From Octopus bimaculoides (taxonomy: Eukaryota), in contig NC_068999.1 of the NCBI RefSeq assembly GCF_001194135.2, positions 38,893,618 to 38,931,063 of the forward strand: DNA of 37,446 nt, in the 5' to 3' direction. A model generated the notes under the pieces. That model searched no databases and was not told the origin of the DNA. It was given only the letters and a program-made list of their open reading frames with translations. This document shows, in pieces, positions 1 to 11,362 of this stretch (position 1 is the stretch's first letter; the number at the start of each line of letters is the position of its first letter). The translations under genes were made by a program, and so were the position numbers.

Positions 1-1
1 A

Positions 2-352
2 TCTCCAGACCTCTTTCTTTGCATCCTCATTTAATGCAAGTGTACCATCATCCATGCGAACACATTTCTCTCCTACAACATCACTATTCTCTCTCCTACA
101 CTGTCTTGCAACACGAAATACCTCGAGTCTTTGGTCCTCATGGCGCAGAACATTGGCAAATCTTTCCTTATCTGCTTCCCCTCTGGCTAAATAAACCTGT
201 CGCCTAGCCTCCCTTCTGGCACATTGGTACAATTCCCTGCTACCACCGTTCTTCCAGTCCTTCCAAGCCTGTTTCTTTTGTCTAATAGCCCTGTCTACCT
301 CCTTGTTCCACCACCACGTTACTCTGGGTCGGGAGGGGACCTTACACCACCC
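2..352 (-). mobile_element. RTE-clade LINE ORF2 fragment (linker between endonuclease and RT), runs off the left edge
   Basis: Open minus frame of 117 codons: [34 protein letters not shown]...NSDVVGEKCVRMDDGTLALNEDAKKEVWR. The WWWNxEV and VVGEKCV motifs are typical of RTE ORF2. Its 5' end abuts a (TA)n tract. Confidence 0.85.
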
Positions 353-399
353 ATATATATATATATGCATATATGTATATATCTGTATATATTCATAGG

Positions 400-431
<32 letters not shown>

Positions 432-500
432 AGTGTGTGTATGTATGTATATATATGTATATATGTATTTACATAAATATATGAAAATGTATGTGTGTGA
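353..500. repeat. (TA)n/(TATG)n microsatellite
   Basis: Visible directly in the sequence. Confidence 0.95.
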
Positions 501-502
501 AT

Positions 503-770
503 GTGCATGGCCTAGTGGTTAGGTTGTTGCACTCAAAACCGCTAGGTTCTGGGGTTGGTTCCCTGACTGGTAGGTGCATTGTGTTCTTGAGCAAGGCACT
601 TCATTTCACATTGCCCCAGTCCCCCTTTCAATTAGGGGGTGAACTTTGGTCTGTTTGCTTAGCCACCTGGGTGGCATCATTTGAAGACTAAAGCAATGCA
701 AAGGAGCATTGTGACAAGTGATGTGTAACAACAGCTGACAGCCTAGTCAGTCATGTGGCCACACGGTCAT
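503..770 (+). mobile_element. tRNA-headed SINE, group A, tail type A1
   Basis: A-box-like TGGCCTAGTGGTTAGG and B-box-like GGTTGGTTCCC. Central TGTGTTCTTGAGCAAGGCACTTCATTTCACATTGC resembles CORE/Meta-type SINE domains and is shared with 14805-15124. Confidence 0.75.
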
Positions 771-949
771 ATATGTTTATGAATACATGTGTGTGTGCAT
801 GGGTGCATGTGTGTATGTATGTATATCTATGTATATATATTGACACAGATACAGTAACACACATACATGCATACATCTCAACTGAATCAGCCCCTTGAAA
901 ATATTGTCCCGTCACCACTTTACTGAAATAAGTAAAAGAATAATCAGCC

Positions 950-1575
950 ATTGGCCTGGCGCTCCATGATTAGAAACCTCTGTAGGCATCATGGCACATG
1001 AAGCGAGAGAGAGATTGGAAAAGGCTGAATATACATTAGTTGCATTTTGGAAATCTGTGTTGCTGCATCTAAATTTTAGCAAATGTAGAATATATTCTAC
1101 GAGTATACCTTTTCTCTAAATAAATTTCCAAGCAAGAATTTTGATGCATGGAGATTTCCAAGGTTAATACTTTCCCAGCTATTGAAGGTAAATGCTTGCT
1201 TGTTGATGGTTCTGCTGTACTTCATCACCAAATGTATGTTCCATGGGGTCCATATGTGCTTAGCTATTTCTATTTCTCTCTATTAACCTTTTGTTTTAGT
1301 TTTGGTTTGGGGTGCATATACACATATGCATATATATATATATATATTCCAGAGGGTTTGCAAATCCAATGGGGGTCTTAAAAGACATGTTAGGATCCAC
1401 AGTGAGCAGAACTTACTTGCAGGTATTGGCAGTGCAAATCAGAGGTGCAATCTGTGTGGGTGTTTTTTTCAAAACACTGTCTGGTTTAAAAAGCCACATC
1501 AGATGCCATGAAAGGGCTATGGTGTAGGTGCAGGAGGTGGTCAAACTCTGTGTAAGGAGTAGATAACCACCATAT
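950..1575 (+). mobile_element. Decayed 3' end of an RTE-like LINE with two C2H2-like fingers, ending in (TA)n
   Basis: AWRSMIR at ~953. QRVCKSNGGLKRHVRIH...CNLCGCFF(frameshift in T7 run)[18 protein letters not shown] at 1347-1527, then a short 3' UTR ending ACCACC-(TA)n. Confidence 0.6.
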
Positions 1576-1680
1576 GTATATATATATATGTATGTGTATA
1601 TATATATATATATGTGTATATATATGTATGTATATATACATATATATATATATATGTATGTATGTATGTATATATGTATG

Positions 1681-1737
<57 letters not shown>
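1573..1737. repeat. (TA)n/(TATG)n microsatellite
   Basis: Visible directly in the sequence. Confidence 0.95.
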
Positions 1738-1739
<2 letters not shown>

Positions 1740-1741
<2 letters not shown>

Positions 1742-2095
1742 ATGATGGTGATTGTAATATTAATGGTAATAATGTTGGTGACTGTGGAGATGATAGTGGT
1801 GGTGTTGTTGCTGATAACGATAATGATGATGATGTTGATGATGGTGATTAATATGATGAGGGTGGAGGTTGTGTCAGTGATGATGGTGAATATGATTGTA
1901 CTTTTGGTGATTGTGGTGGTAACAATTGTGGTGGTGATGGTTATGATGTTGAAGACAAAGTATATGATGGCAGTGTTGTGTGGTGTTGGTTGTGATGAAG
2001 AAAAGGAGGACGATGACATTGCAGACAGGGATGATGACAATGAAGGGGAGGCAGAAGATGATGAGGCAGGAGAAGTAAGATGTAGAATGCTCACT
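1740..2095. repeat. Degenerate (GAT/GGT/GTT)n low-complexity tract
   Basis: Trinucleotide periodicity that produces spurious M/V/I-rich ORFs. A similar tract lies at 2530-2680. Confidence 0.85.
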
Positions 2096-2744
2096 TAAAA
2101 TGGAGATCTTTGATGAGAAAGACATTGAAATTACTCAGCTAAGAATAATAAAATAACAATAGAAGTAAAAATATATAAGAATGTATGAAATAAATATAAA
2201 AGCAATAAATGTGTTTTAGTTTTCTCCAATAATATGATGAGTGGGAGAGAAAAAGAAAGAGGGAGAAAGAAAGAAAGAAAGAAAGAGAAATAGTATTTAT
2301 AAAAAAACTCAGCTTTTTACACCAATTTTTTGGACTGCTCCGTTTCTATAGACTGTGTCTGTCTGTGATTGATTATCTAACTTTTGCTTTGGCACTGTAC
2401 TCTAATGTACTCCATACAGTATTTTTCTAATCAAACGGTTGCTGACATGGTGTGCAGTGCCAACAGTTAGTTTACTAACGATTCTTAGAATTATTTTGGC
2501 AAATAACTTGATCTGAATTTCTTGTCATTTGTGTTGGTGGGGGGGTGATTCTGCCGTTGCTGTTATTGTTGTGGTTGTTGTTGTCGTCGACGATGATGAT
2601 GCTAATGTCATCGTTGATGATGATGGATGGTTTTCCGATTGTTGTTGTTACTTAGTTGAAGCTGATATTGTTGTTAAGACCCATGACAACTTCAATCAAC
2701 CAGACCAATGTTCCAAGTCATTTCAGCCATGATCGTTCCGTTTT

Positions 2745-3318
2745 TCTTTCTTTTCTATGTGAACTGGCAACCTAAAACCACATTGTCTAAGATGCTGTTT
2801 TCAAAGATTCTATGATGTAATCTGATTGTGTAGGGGACATATGACCTGTGGTCTTAGCTTTGGATGAATTTTGAAACTAATATTGAGGTTATTTGGGCAA
2901 TGCTTGTGGTATATTCTCCTCATGGTGGCACTGGATCGAATAGAATTTCAATGCTTTAAGGTAGTCCCAATAATCGAGATCAGTCATGCCCTTAACTCGT
3001 TTAGTGAAATATCCTCTGGAGTGATTCAGTTTTCGAAATGTTTTATTTTGTATGGAGAGACCAGAGGGGCAGAAGTATTCCAGGTGTGGCCATACAAAAG
3101 AGGAGAAAAGAGGAATGATCACCACTTGTTCTCTGGACCACAAGGTTCTTAGGACCCAGTGGCTCATCCTACGGGCTATATCGACCATATTGTTGATATG
3201 GGTACTCCAGCTGCGATTGTTGTCAACAATTACTCCTAGGTCTCTGATATAATTAGATACTGTGAGTGGTTCCCCTGGAGGAAGAGAGTATGGTTGTTTT
3301 AGCATAGTCTTCTTTCCA
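2745..3318 (-). mobile_element. CR1/L2-group LINE, decayed C-terminal RT region
   Basis: IRDLGVIVDNNRSWSTHI...WVLRTLWSR...PHLEYFCP...FTKRVKGMTDLDYWDYLKALKFYSI, the standard post-YADD CR1-group motifs. Frameshifted downstream (CPNNLNISFKIHPKL). Confidence 0.85.
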
Positions 3319-3615
3319 AAATACACACACACACACAGATAAGACAGGTAGGTTAGTTGAAACCCCTTTCAATTTCAATCAAAGCTCAACTGGAATGAAA
3401 CACCACCAATACCAATTGTATCTTCTTGGATATTTTGTGATTCTCTTTTACTCTTTTTCCTGATTTTTCTCCTCTCAGAGCTGAAAGTTATCTCTGACAT
3501 TTTGTAAATTTGCATGATAAATCTATTATTGTTGTTTTTTGTGTGCTGAGGAACACTGATGTATAATTACAAAGGCCTAATAACTTCTCTTTGTTTCTTT
3601 TTTTCACTGTTTTAG

Positions 3616-3684
3616 GTAGAACTGAGTGCTCTTGAAAAGGATTTGAATGATATTAAAGTAAAGAAGGACAGAGTGTCACGCCAG
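3616..3684 (+). CDS. Internal coding exon (69 nt, phase 0/0), coiled-coil-like peptide VELSALEKDLNDIKVKKDRVSRQ; gene not identified
   Basis: Long polypyrimidine tract ending TTTTAG, donor CAG|GTAAGA, frame-preserving length, open charged heptad-like reading frame. Confidence 0.75.
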
Positions 3685-3734
3685 GTAAGATTTAATCACT
3701 GTTATTATAATAATATATGATAATGTGCAACAGA

Positions 3735-3962
3735 TGTGTTTATAATCTACATATGGAAAACTCTAGTACCTAATTTCAGCATTGAGTGTTTTACAAATGC
3801 CAGAACTGGTCGCCATTGTGTTGTACCAAAGGTACCATCCACTCCATCTAAATTCAAGATTAGGTATTGCAATAGTCCAGTGTTCAAAGGTCAACAGCTC
3901 TTCAATGCCCTGCCACAAAAATTAAGAAATCTGCATAAGGTGGAAAGAGTTGTCAGTGACGC
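3735..3962 (+). mobile_element. CR1/L2-group LINE ORF2 3' fragment
   Basis: IIYIWKTLVPNFSIECFTNARTGRHCVVPK...NSPVFKGQQLFNALPQKLRNL matches CR1-group ORF2 C-terminal motifs. Opposite strand to, and different from, the 2745-3318 element. Confidence 0.75.
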
Positions 3963-3970
3963 TGACAATG

Positions 3971-4041
<71 letters not shown>
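3971..4041. repeat. Pure (TA)n
   Basis: Visible directly in the sequence. Confidence 0.97.
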
Positions 4042-4043
<2 letters not shown>

Positions 4044-4046
4044 CAT

Positions 4047-4194
4047 GACAGGCTTCTTTCCACCTACCAAATCATAGTGCTTTGGTTGGCCTTAGATTGT
4101 AGCAGAAAGCACTTATCCCAAATACCATGCAATGGGACTGAACTTGGAATCATGTGGCTGGGAAACAAACTCCATACCACACAGCCACACTTGC
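4047..4194 (-). mobile_element. tRNA-headed SINE, group B (head only, CpG-eroded)
   Basis: Reverse complement GTGTGGCTGTGTGGTATGGAG...AAGTTCAGTCCCATTGCATGG... aligns by eye with the heads at 30713 and 37164. Confidence 0.75.
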
Positions 4195-4222
4195 ACGTGT
4201 GTGTGTGTGTATATACATACGT

Positions 4223-4253
<31 letters not shown>

Positions 4254-5125
4254 AAGACTATAGGTCTTTTATATCATAGTTTATTGTTGGCTGATAATAA
4301 TCCAAGGAATCCAGCAAAGTGAGGATTAAACCATCCCTGCCATGGCTAACTCCACTTTTTCCTCCTTTGATGAGAGGAATCAGAAGACATTATGCAACCC
4401 GTCCATTCTTAAATAAGCAGAATCTGATCAAAGGGAGATGTCGCAGCTCCTTCATGCAAAGCCTACCCTCAACATACTGACATCCCCTCCAACTGAGAAT
4501 CTATAGAACTATTTAGTATTGTCCTTTTTATATTTTTTTTTTACTTCATTTCCTGCCAGGCTCTTATTCATCATCTTTAATTTCATTCTGTCATGAGTAA
4601 AGGATTTTTAATAGAGAAGGAAAAAAATATATATCCTTCAATCAACTGATTCGATTCATTCGAAGCTGACCTTTGCCTGAATATTTGAAGACTTGCGTTA
4701 ATGGAAGGAAAATAAATAATTATATATTTTTATGCATCAGGGGGTGATGATAGATCTGATTGGACAATATTTATTGGAATCTGATCATGTGACTATTATT
4801 GTAATATATATTAATATTATATATTGAATTGAAGGTATTGTCTACCTTCAAAATGTCACCAAATAAAGCAACTCTACCCCTGATTAATTCACATTAAACA
4901 ATGCACTCATGTTGTTATCAGCCTCTTAACTATTACACAACAGACCCATTGTCTTACTACATACATGTATGTATATGTATGTGTGTGTGTGTATGGATAT
5001 ATGAATAGATATATACATATACATATCTTTGTATATGAATATCTAAATATACATGCACATATATATATGTACACACACATATATAAATAGAAAGATAGAC
5101 TGATAAATAGATATAGATTGATATG

Positions 5126-5240
<115 letters not shown>

Positions 5241-5829
5241 ACATCGTGTGTGTATTTACATATACACACAAACATATGTACACATATATGCATATATGCA
5301 TACAAAGACAGACACTCTCTCTCACACACACATACACACACACGCACACACACACACAACTATGTAGGTATATATAGAGAGAAAATAAGCTGGAGAAAAA
5401 GAGACATTGCATGAGTGAAAACACATACACATACACACATAGTTATGCACACACATCCATACATGCATTCATACATTCACACATCCATCCAGCCATACAT
5501 ACCATCTTGTGTAACAAGAGATACATAATGGTATTGATTATTATTCCTCTTCAGAATAGAATTAAATTGTCATTGATTAAATTTTCTCACCATTCACTTA
5601 AATGTTAGCCATTTTTTCTCTTGGACAAGACTTAAAGAAAAGCTATTTGCCTTTTTTTTTTTTATTTGTGTTCTTCTGTATTCTGTTTCTTTATTCAGTT
5701 TGGGGACTCTATCTTCTTTTCTGAATTTTCCTTTTTATTATTACGAGTTTTATGTTTTTCTATCTTTATTAAAGAAAGCAACTATTTTCCTTTTAGATTA
5801 CTTTTTCTATATCATTTCTCCATCCAGTC

Positions 5830-5863
<34 letters not shown>

Positions 5864-5882
5864 ATGTGTACATGTATGAATG

Positions 5883-5931
<49 letters not shown>

Positions 5932-6600
5932 NNNNNNNNNNNNNNNNNNNNNNNNNNNNNNNNNNNNNNNNNNNNNNNNNNNNNNNNNNNNNNNNNNNNN
6001 NNNNNNNNNNNNNNNNNNNNNNNNNNNNNNNNNNNNNNNNNNNNNNNNNNNNNNNNNNNNNNNNNNNNNNNNNNNNNNNNNNNNNNNNNNNNNNNNNNNN
6101 NNNNNNNNNNNNNNNNNNNNNNNNNNNNNNNNNNNNNNNNNNNNNNNNNNNNNNNNNNNNNNNNNNNNNNNNNNNNNNNNNNNNNNNNNNNNNNNNNNNN
6201 NNNNNNNNNNNNNNNNNNNNNNNNNNNNNNNNNNNNNNNNNNNNNNNNNNNNNNNNNNNNNNNNNNNNNNNNNNNNNNNNNNNNNNNNNNNNNNNNNNNN
6301 NNNNNNNNNNNNNNNNNNNNNNNNNNNNNNNNNNNNNNNNNNNNNNNNNNNNNNNNNNNNNNNNNNNNNNNNNNNNNNNNNNNNNNNNNNNNNNNNNNNN
6401 NNNNNNNNNNNNNNNNNNNNNNNNNNNNNNNNNNNNNNNNNNNNNNNNNNNNNNNNNNNNNNNNNNNNNNNNNNNNNNNNNNNNNNNNNNNNNNNNNNNN
6501 NNNNNNNNNNNNNNNNNNNNNNNNNNNNNNNNNNNNNNNNNNNNNNNNNNNNNNNNNNNNNNNNNNNNNNNNNNNNNNNNNNNNNNNNNNNNNNNNNNNN
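5932..6600. other. Assembly gap (others at 7515-8415, 10251-10601, 13267-13316, 22065-22074, 23368-23969, 29467-29568, 35892-35901)
   Basis: N runs; five of the eight abut microsatellites. Confidence 0.99.
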
Positions 6601-6630
6601 ATTATCATTATTATTATTATCATTATTATT

Positions 6631-6662
<32 letters not shown>

Positions 6663-6778
6663 CATTATTATTATTATTATTATTATTATCATTATTATTA
6701 TCATTATTATCATTATTATTATTATTATCATTATTATTATTATTATCATCATTATCATTATCATCATTATCATTATTA

Positions 6779-6836
<58 letters not shown>

Positions 6837-7005
6837 CATTATTATTATCATTATTATTATCATTATTATTATTATTATTATCATTATTATTATTATTATT
6901 ATCATTATTATTATTATTATTATCATTATTATTATTATTATTATCATTATTATTATCATTATTATTATTATTAGTAGTAGTAGTAGTAGTATTAGTAGTA
7001 GTAGT
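6601..7005. repeat. Compound (ATT/ATC)n array switching to (AGT)n
   Basis: Visible directly in the sequence. Confidence 0.97.
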
Positions 7006-8415
7006 GTTACTTTTACCATCATCTTCACCATATTTCTTTCTTGTTATCTTTGTTCTCATCACTATTATTGGAAATTACTTTAGTCAGTATTAAAAGTCTG
7101 CAATGGAGTATGTGTAACTTGCCATGCATAAGTAAGACATATAGAAAACATATATAAATTATAAATTAATTAACAAAAATATTGAATTAAAACAAAATAA
7201 GTAAAAACAATAAATAAATAAAAAAAAAACAGAAGAAAAAGAAGAAAACTGAACAAAAATGTATATGAAATGATTGATAAAGAGAAATAAGAAAAATAAT
7301 ATTTAGTAAGAGACATTGAACTTATTGAATAGATTGAAACTTTCAAATGAATAAATATGTGTGTATGTGTGTATATTCAGATTGACACATATTTGTACAT
7401 GGTGACACACACACAGACCTCTGTATATGCATAATACATGCACATGTACATAGATGCATACACATGCACATACCTACTTACATACATGCAGATATATATA
7501 TATATATATATATANNNNNNNNNNNNNNNNNNNNNNNNNNNNNNNNNNNNNNNNNNNNNNNNNNNNNNNNNNNNNNNNNNNNNNNNNNNNNNNNNNNNNN
7601 NNNNNNNNNNNNNNNNNNNNNNNNNNNNNNNNNNNNNNNNNNNNNNNNNNNNNNNNNNNNNNNNNNNNNNNNNNNNNNNNNNNNNNNNNNNNNNNNNNNN
7701 NNNNNNNNNNNNNNNNNNNNNNNNNNNNNNNNNNNNNNNNNNNNNNNNNNNNNNNNNNNNNNNNNNNNNNNNNNNNNNNNNNNNNNNNNNNNNNNNNNNN
7801 NNNNNNNNNNNNNNNNNNNNNNNNNNNNNNNNNNNNNNNNNNNNNNNNNNNNNNNNNNNNNNNNNNNNNNNNNNNNNNNNNNNNNNNNNNNNNNNNNNNN
7901 NNNNNNNNNNNNNNNNNNNNNNNNNNNNNNNNNNNNNNNNNNNNNNNNNNNNNNNNNNNNNNNNNNNNNNNNNNNNNNNNNNNNNNNNNNNNNNNNNNNN
8001 NNNNNNNNNNNNNNNNNNNNNNNNNNNNNNNNNNNNNNNNNNNNNNNNNNNNNNNNNNNNNNNNNNNNNNNNNNNNNNNNNNNNNNNNNNNNNNNNNNNN
8101 NNNNNNNNNNNNNNNNNNNNNNNNNNNNNNNNNNNNNNNNNNNNNNNNNNNNNNNNNNNNNNNNNNNNNNNNNNNNNNNNNNNNNNNNNNNNNNNNNNNN
8201 NNNNNNNNNNNNNNNNNNNNNNNNNNNNNNNNNNNNNNNNNNNNNNNNNNNNNNNNNNNNNNNNNNNNNNNNNNNNNNNNNNNNNNNNNNNNNNNNNNNN
8301 NNNNNNNNNNNNNNNNNNNNNNNNNNNNNNNNNNNNNNNNNNNNNNNNNNNNNNNNNNNNNNNNNNNNNNNNNNNNNNNNNNNNNNNNNNNNNNNNNNNN
8401 NNNNNNNNNNNNNNN

Positions 8416-8453
<38 letters not shown>

Positions 8454-9543
8454 ATATGTTACCTTTTGTCATATATATATGCATATATGATATAAACATA
8501 CATATATGCATCCATAAATAGATACGCACACACACACACATATATATACACACACACATATATGCTTAGAAGTAAAGGGAGTGATTCAGTTAATGAGAAG
8601 GAATTGACTATTAAAAAAATAAACTCAGTGTGTGTGTGTGTGTTAATAAGAGATGTTATGTGTATGCGAGTCACTATATAGTGTATTGCACGATCTGCAA
8701 CACTATACATCAATTTAAATTATTAGTAAAAAAAAAAAAACAATAAAATAACCTACATTATTAAAATGTCGGTTATTTTAGTGAAGATTTATATATTTTT
8801 TATAAACAAAATAAAATTTCTTCCTTGACAAAATTTTATAAGTTTAGATACGAATAGAGCATTATTTATATTTTATTTATCTTCATAGTCGCTTAGAACC
8901 TGGTCATCTTTATCATATTCATTTGTGAAGAAAGGCAGTTCAGCCATGACTATCTCGTTTTATTTCTTTATCAGATGCCGTATCTAGAGTTACATTTTTT
9001 TTTATCGTATTCTTTTGTGTAAGATGATGGTCATAGAGGTCACCCATTGTTTCCAGTGATTTTGTTGAGGCTCACTCACTAGATCCAGTGACCCCATTGT
9101 TATTCCAACAGCAACCATGTTTACGTTTGTTCGTTTGTACGAGCCACCATTGCACTTTTGATTTGGCCCTAGTGACCCTGCTACAAATTCCTCATAGATT
9201 CTCTCGTACACTTAGCTGTTCCACCACTGGCTTGACTCCAATTATCTTACTGTTGTTATCTCTTTAACATCAGTCACTATTCTCTTATTGGCTCCAGCAA
9301 CCACATTGAAATTTTTCTTGTATTCGACGGCATATTTATGTTCCTCCTTTGCCTTTCTTGAATAATATTAGAAACTTAAACCACCAGCAGTGGGATAACA
9401 GTATGAAGTCGTTAGTCATCTTGATGATATTGATAATAAGATCGCTTCTAATTTCACTTTATTTGATAAAAATAAGAATCAACTCTCATTATATCATATT
9501 TATAATTATCCATTATGTTGTTTTTATTTATCTTAAACTTTAG

Positions 9544-9582
9544 AATATGCGTTCTTCGAGAGAAATGAGGTCTCAACAAGGT
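9544..9582 (+). CDS. Candidate 39-nt exon, phase 1/1, (E)YAFFERNEVSTR
   Basis: T-rich tract ending CTTTAG and consensus donor GTAAGT at 9583. Joins in frame to the acceptor at 10221. Confidence 0.35.
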
Positions 9583-9994
9583 GTAAGTCAAGAAACGGAA
9601 GAGGAGGTATTGTACAAAGTTTTTGAAAATATTTTTTATTCAACAAGATCGAATTTGTTTCCATATCATATATCTATTTCGTCTCATTCTCATAAAAAAA
9701 AAAGGAAAACGCTTTCAGAAAATTCTTGTGATCAATGTGATATTGAAAAGTTTGAAGGCGTATTTGGATAGGGCATTTCCAGAAATCTACTCCATTTCCC
9801 TGCATCCTGTACTCCACAGTTTAAAAAATATATCATTGAAAAATACGGTTGCTTCACAAAATAGATACATAACATTTTTCTTATGGTTAATGTTCACAAA
9901 TGTTATTACCTCAATAATTTAAGCAAAGGTATTCGGTAACTTACGCAAACATACACACACACATACATACGTATATATATATATATATATGTGT

Positions 9995-10029
<35 letters not shown>

Positions 10030-10220
10030 TGTGCATATACTTAATAATTTTGATAAGAAATGCATTTACTCAGAGTATATGACTGGGAGTTTTAGACGCA
10101 TAAACTGACGTAAAATGTATTGCAAATATCGTATCGTAAGGCATAATATTTCTTTTCCAGTTCAGAATAGTTTTATTTCATAATAGAGTAACTCAGCTCG
10201 AAATTCTTACATTTCTGTAG

Positions 10221-10716
10221 GCGAATCCACGTTCGGAGATAGGCTGAAGANNNNNNNNNNNNNNNNNNNNNNNNNNNNNNNNNNNNNNNNNNNNNNNNNN
10301 NNNNNNNNNNNNNNNNNNNNNNNNNNNNNNNNNNNNNNNNNNNNNNNNNNNNNNNNNNNNNNNNNNNNNNNNNNNNNNNNNNNNNNNNNNNNNNNNNNNN
10401 NNNNNNNNNNNNNNNNNNNNNNNNNNNNNNNNNNNNNNNNNNNNNNNNNNNNNNNNNNNNNNNNNNNNNNNNNNNNNNNNNNNNNNNNNNNNNNNNNNNN
10501 NNNNNNNNNNNNNNNNNNNNNNNNNNNNNNNNNNNNNNNNNNNNNNNNNNNNNNNNNNNNNNNNNNNNNNNNNNNNNNNNNNNNNNNNNNNNNNNNNNNN
10601 NATTCTGAGTAAGAGGCATATTTACCGAGATGCAATTCGAAATTCCCGCCACTTACATAGGGAAATAGCGATGAACAGTCGTCCATATGCTATGCTGGAT
10701 ACAAGGTGTTCGTTTG
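10221..10716 (+). CDS. Candidate exon(s) interrupted by a gap: ESTFGDRLK ...gap... ILSKRHIYRDAIRNSRHLHREIAMNSRPYAMLDTRCSF
   Basis: Acceptor TTTCTGTAG at 10212-10220 and donor G|GTATGT at 10717. One open frame on each side of the 351-N gap. Confidence 0.3.
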
Positions 10717-11009
10717 GTATGTTGATGCACTGTTTATTTCTATTTTTCTTGACCATATTATACTGACGAGTAGAAGTTGTATAATACTACAATAACTACG
10801 AAATCATTATCTATAATTCAGTCTGTTTTTAAGGAGTTGGCTTTGAGAGTTGCATTTCCTCGCGTTCGGTAAAAATGTGTTTTTTATGGTAGTCTGACCT
10901 TAGAGTCCCTCATAGCGTGAGGCATTATTGTATAGTAATGCCCTTATATCAATATATATATATATATATATGTGTGTGTGTTTGTTTGTGTGTGTATATA
11001 TGTATACAT

Positions 11010-11145
11010 AATTGTTAAAGAGGACAACAAACGTTAAGGCAATGCAAGCACCTCAAGTCATATACATTATTATTATTGGAAAAAGAAAACATTCAAAGTT
11101 TTACAGCTGTTTCTGGGATATCTCTATAATTACCATCTCGGCTGT
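11010..11145 (-). mobile_element. Decayed copy of hammerhead-bearing element family 1
   Basis: Reverse complement has ATATCCCA-GAAA-CAGCTGT-A-AAACT as in 22238-22262; the CUGAUGA segment is lost. The flank GGACAACAAA..GCAATGCAA resembles 21780-21805. Confidence 0.6.
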
Positions 11146-11326
11146 AACCTTGGGGCACAAATAATCCGTTACAGCACTTACCTAGTCTACCTAGTCGTTT
11201 AGATCACCTGTGAACTAACAGACATATTTTGTATATATGTATACATATATATACATGTACACACACAGATAAATAAAATAGGTAATATATAATATCAGGA
11301 TAATATTAGGGAATATAAATAAATAA

Positions 11327-11362
<36 letters not shown>

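Noticed and set aside
1486-2125. Hydrophobic 174-202 aa ORFs resembling membrane proteins
   Set aside because: Translations of (TA)n and (GAT/GGT)n low-complexity tracts.
5666-8559. 340-475 aa ORFs in the track
   Set aside because: Built from N runs and (TA)n/(ATT)n repeats; not coding evidence. The same applies to the many YIYI/CVCV/HTHT ORFs elsewhere.
9002-9360. Minus frame with ANKRI, QWWNS, VYE..GSLGP superficially like orthomyxovirus PB2 N-terminal motifs
   Set aside because: Motif spacings are much shorter than in PB2 and the frame has stops; not supportable as an endogenous viral element.
10244-10250. CTGAAGA at the gap edge as another hammerhead
   Set aside because: The rest would lie in the gap, so it cannot be tested.
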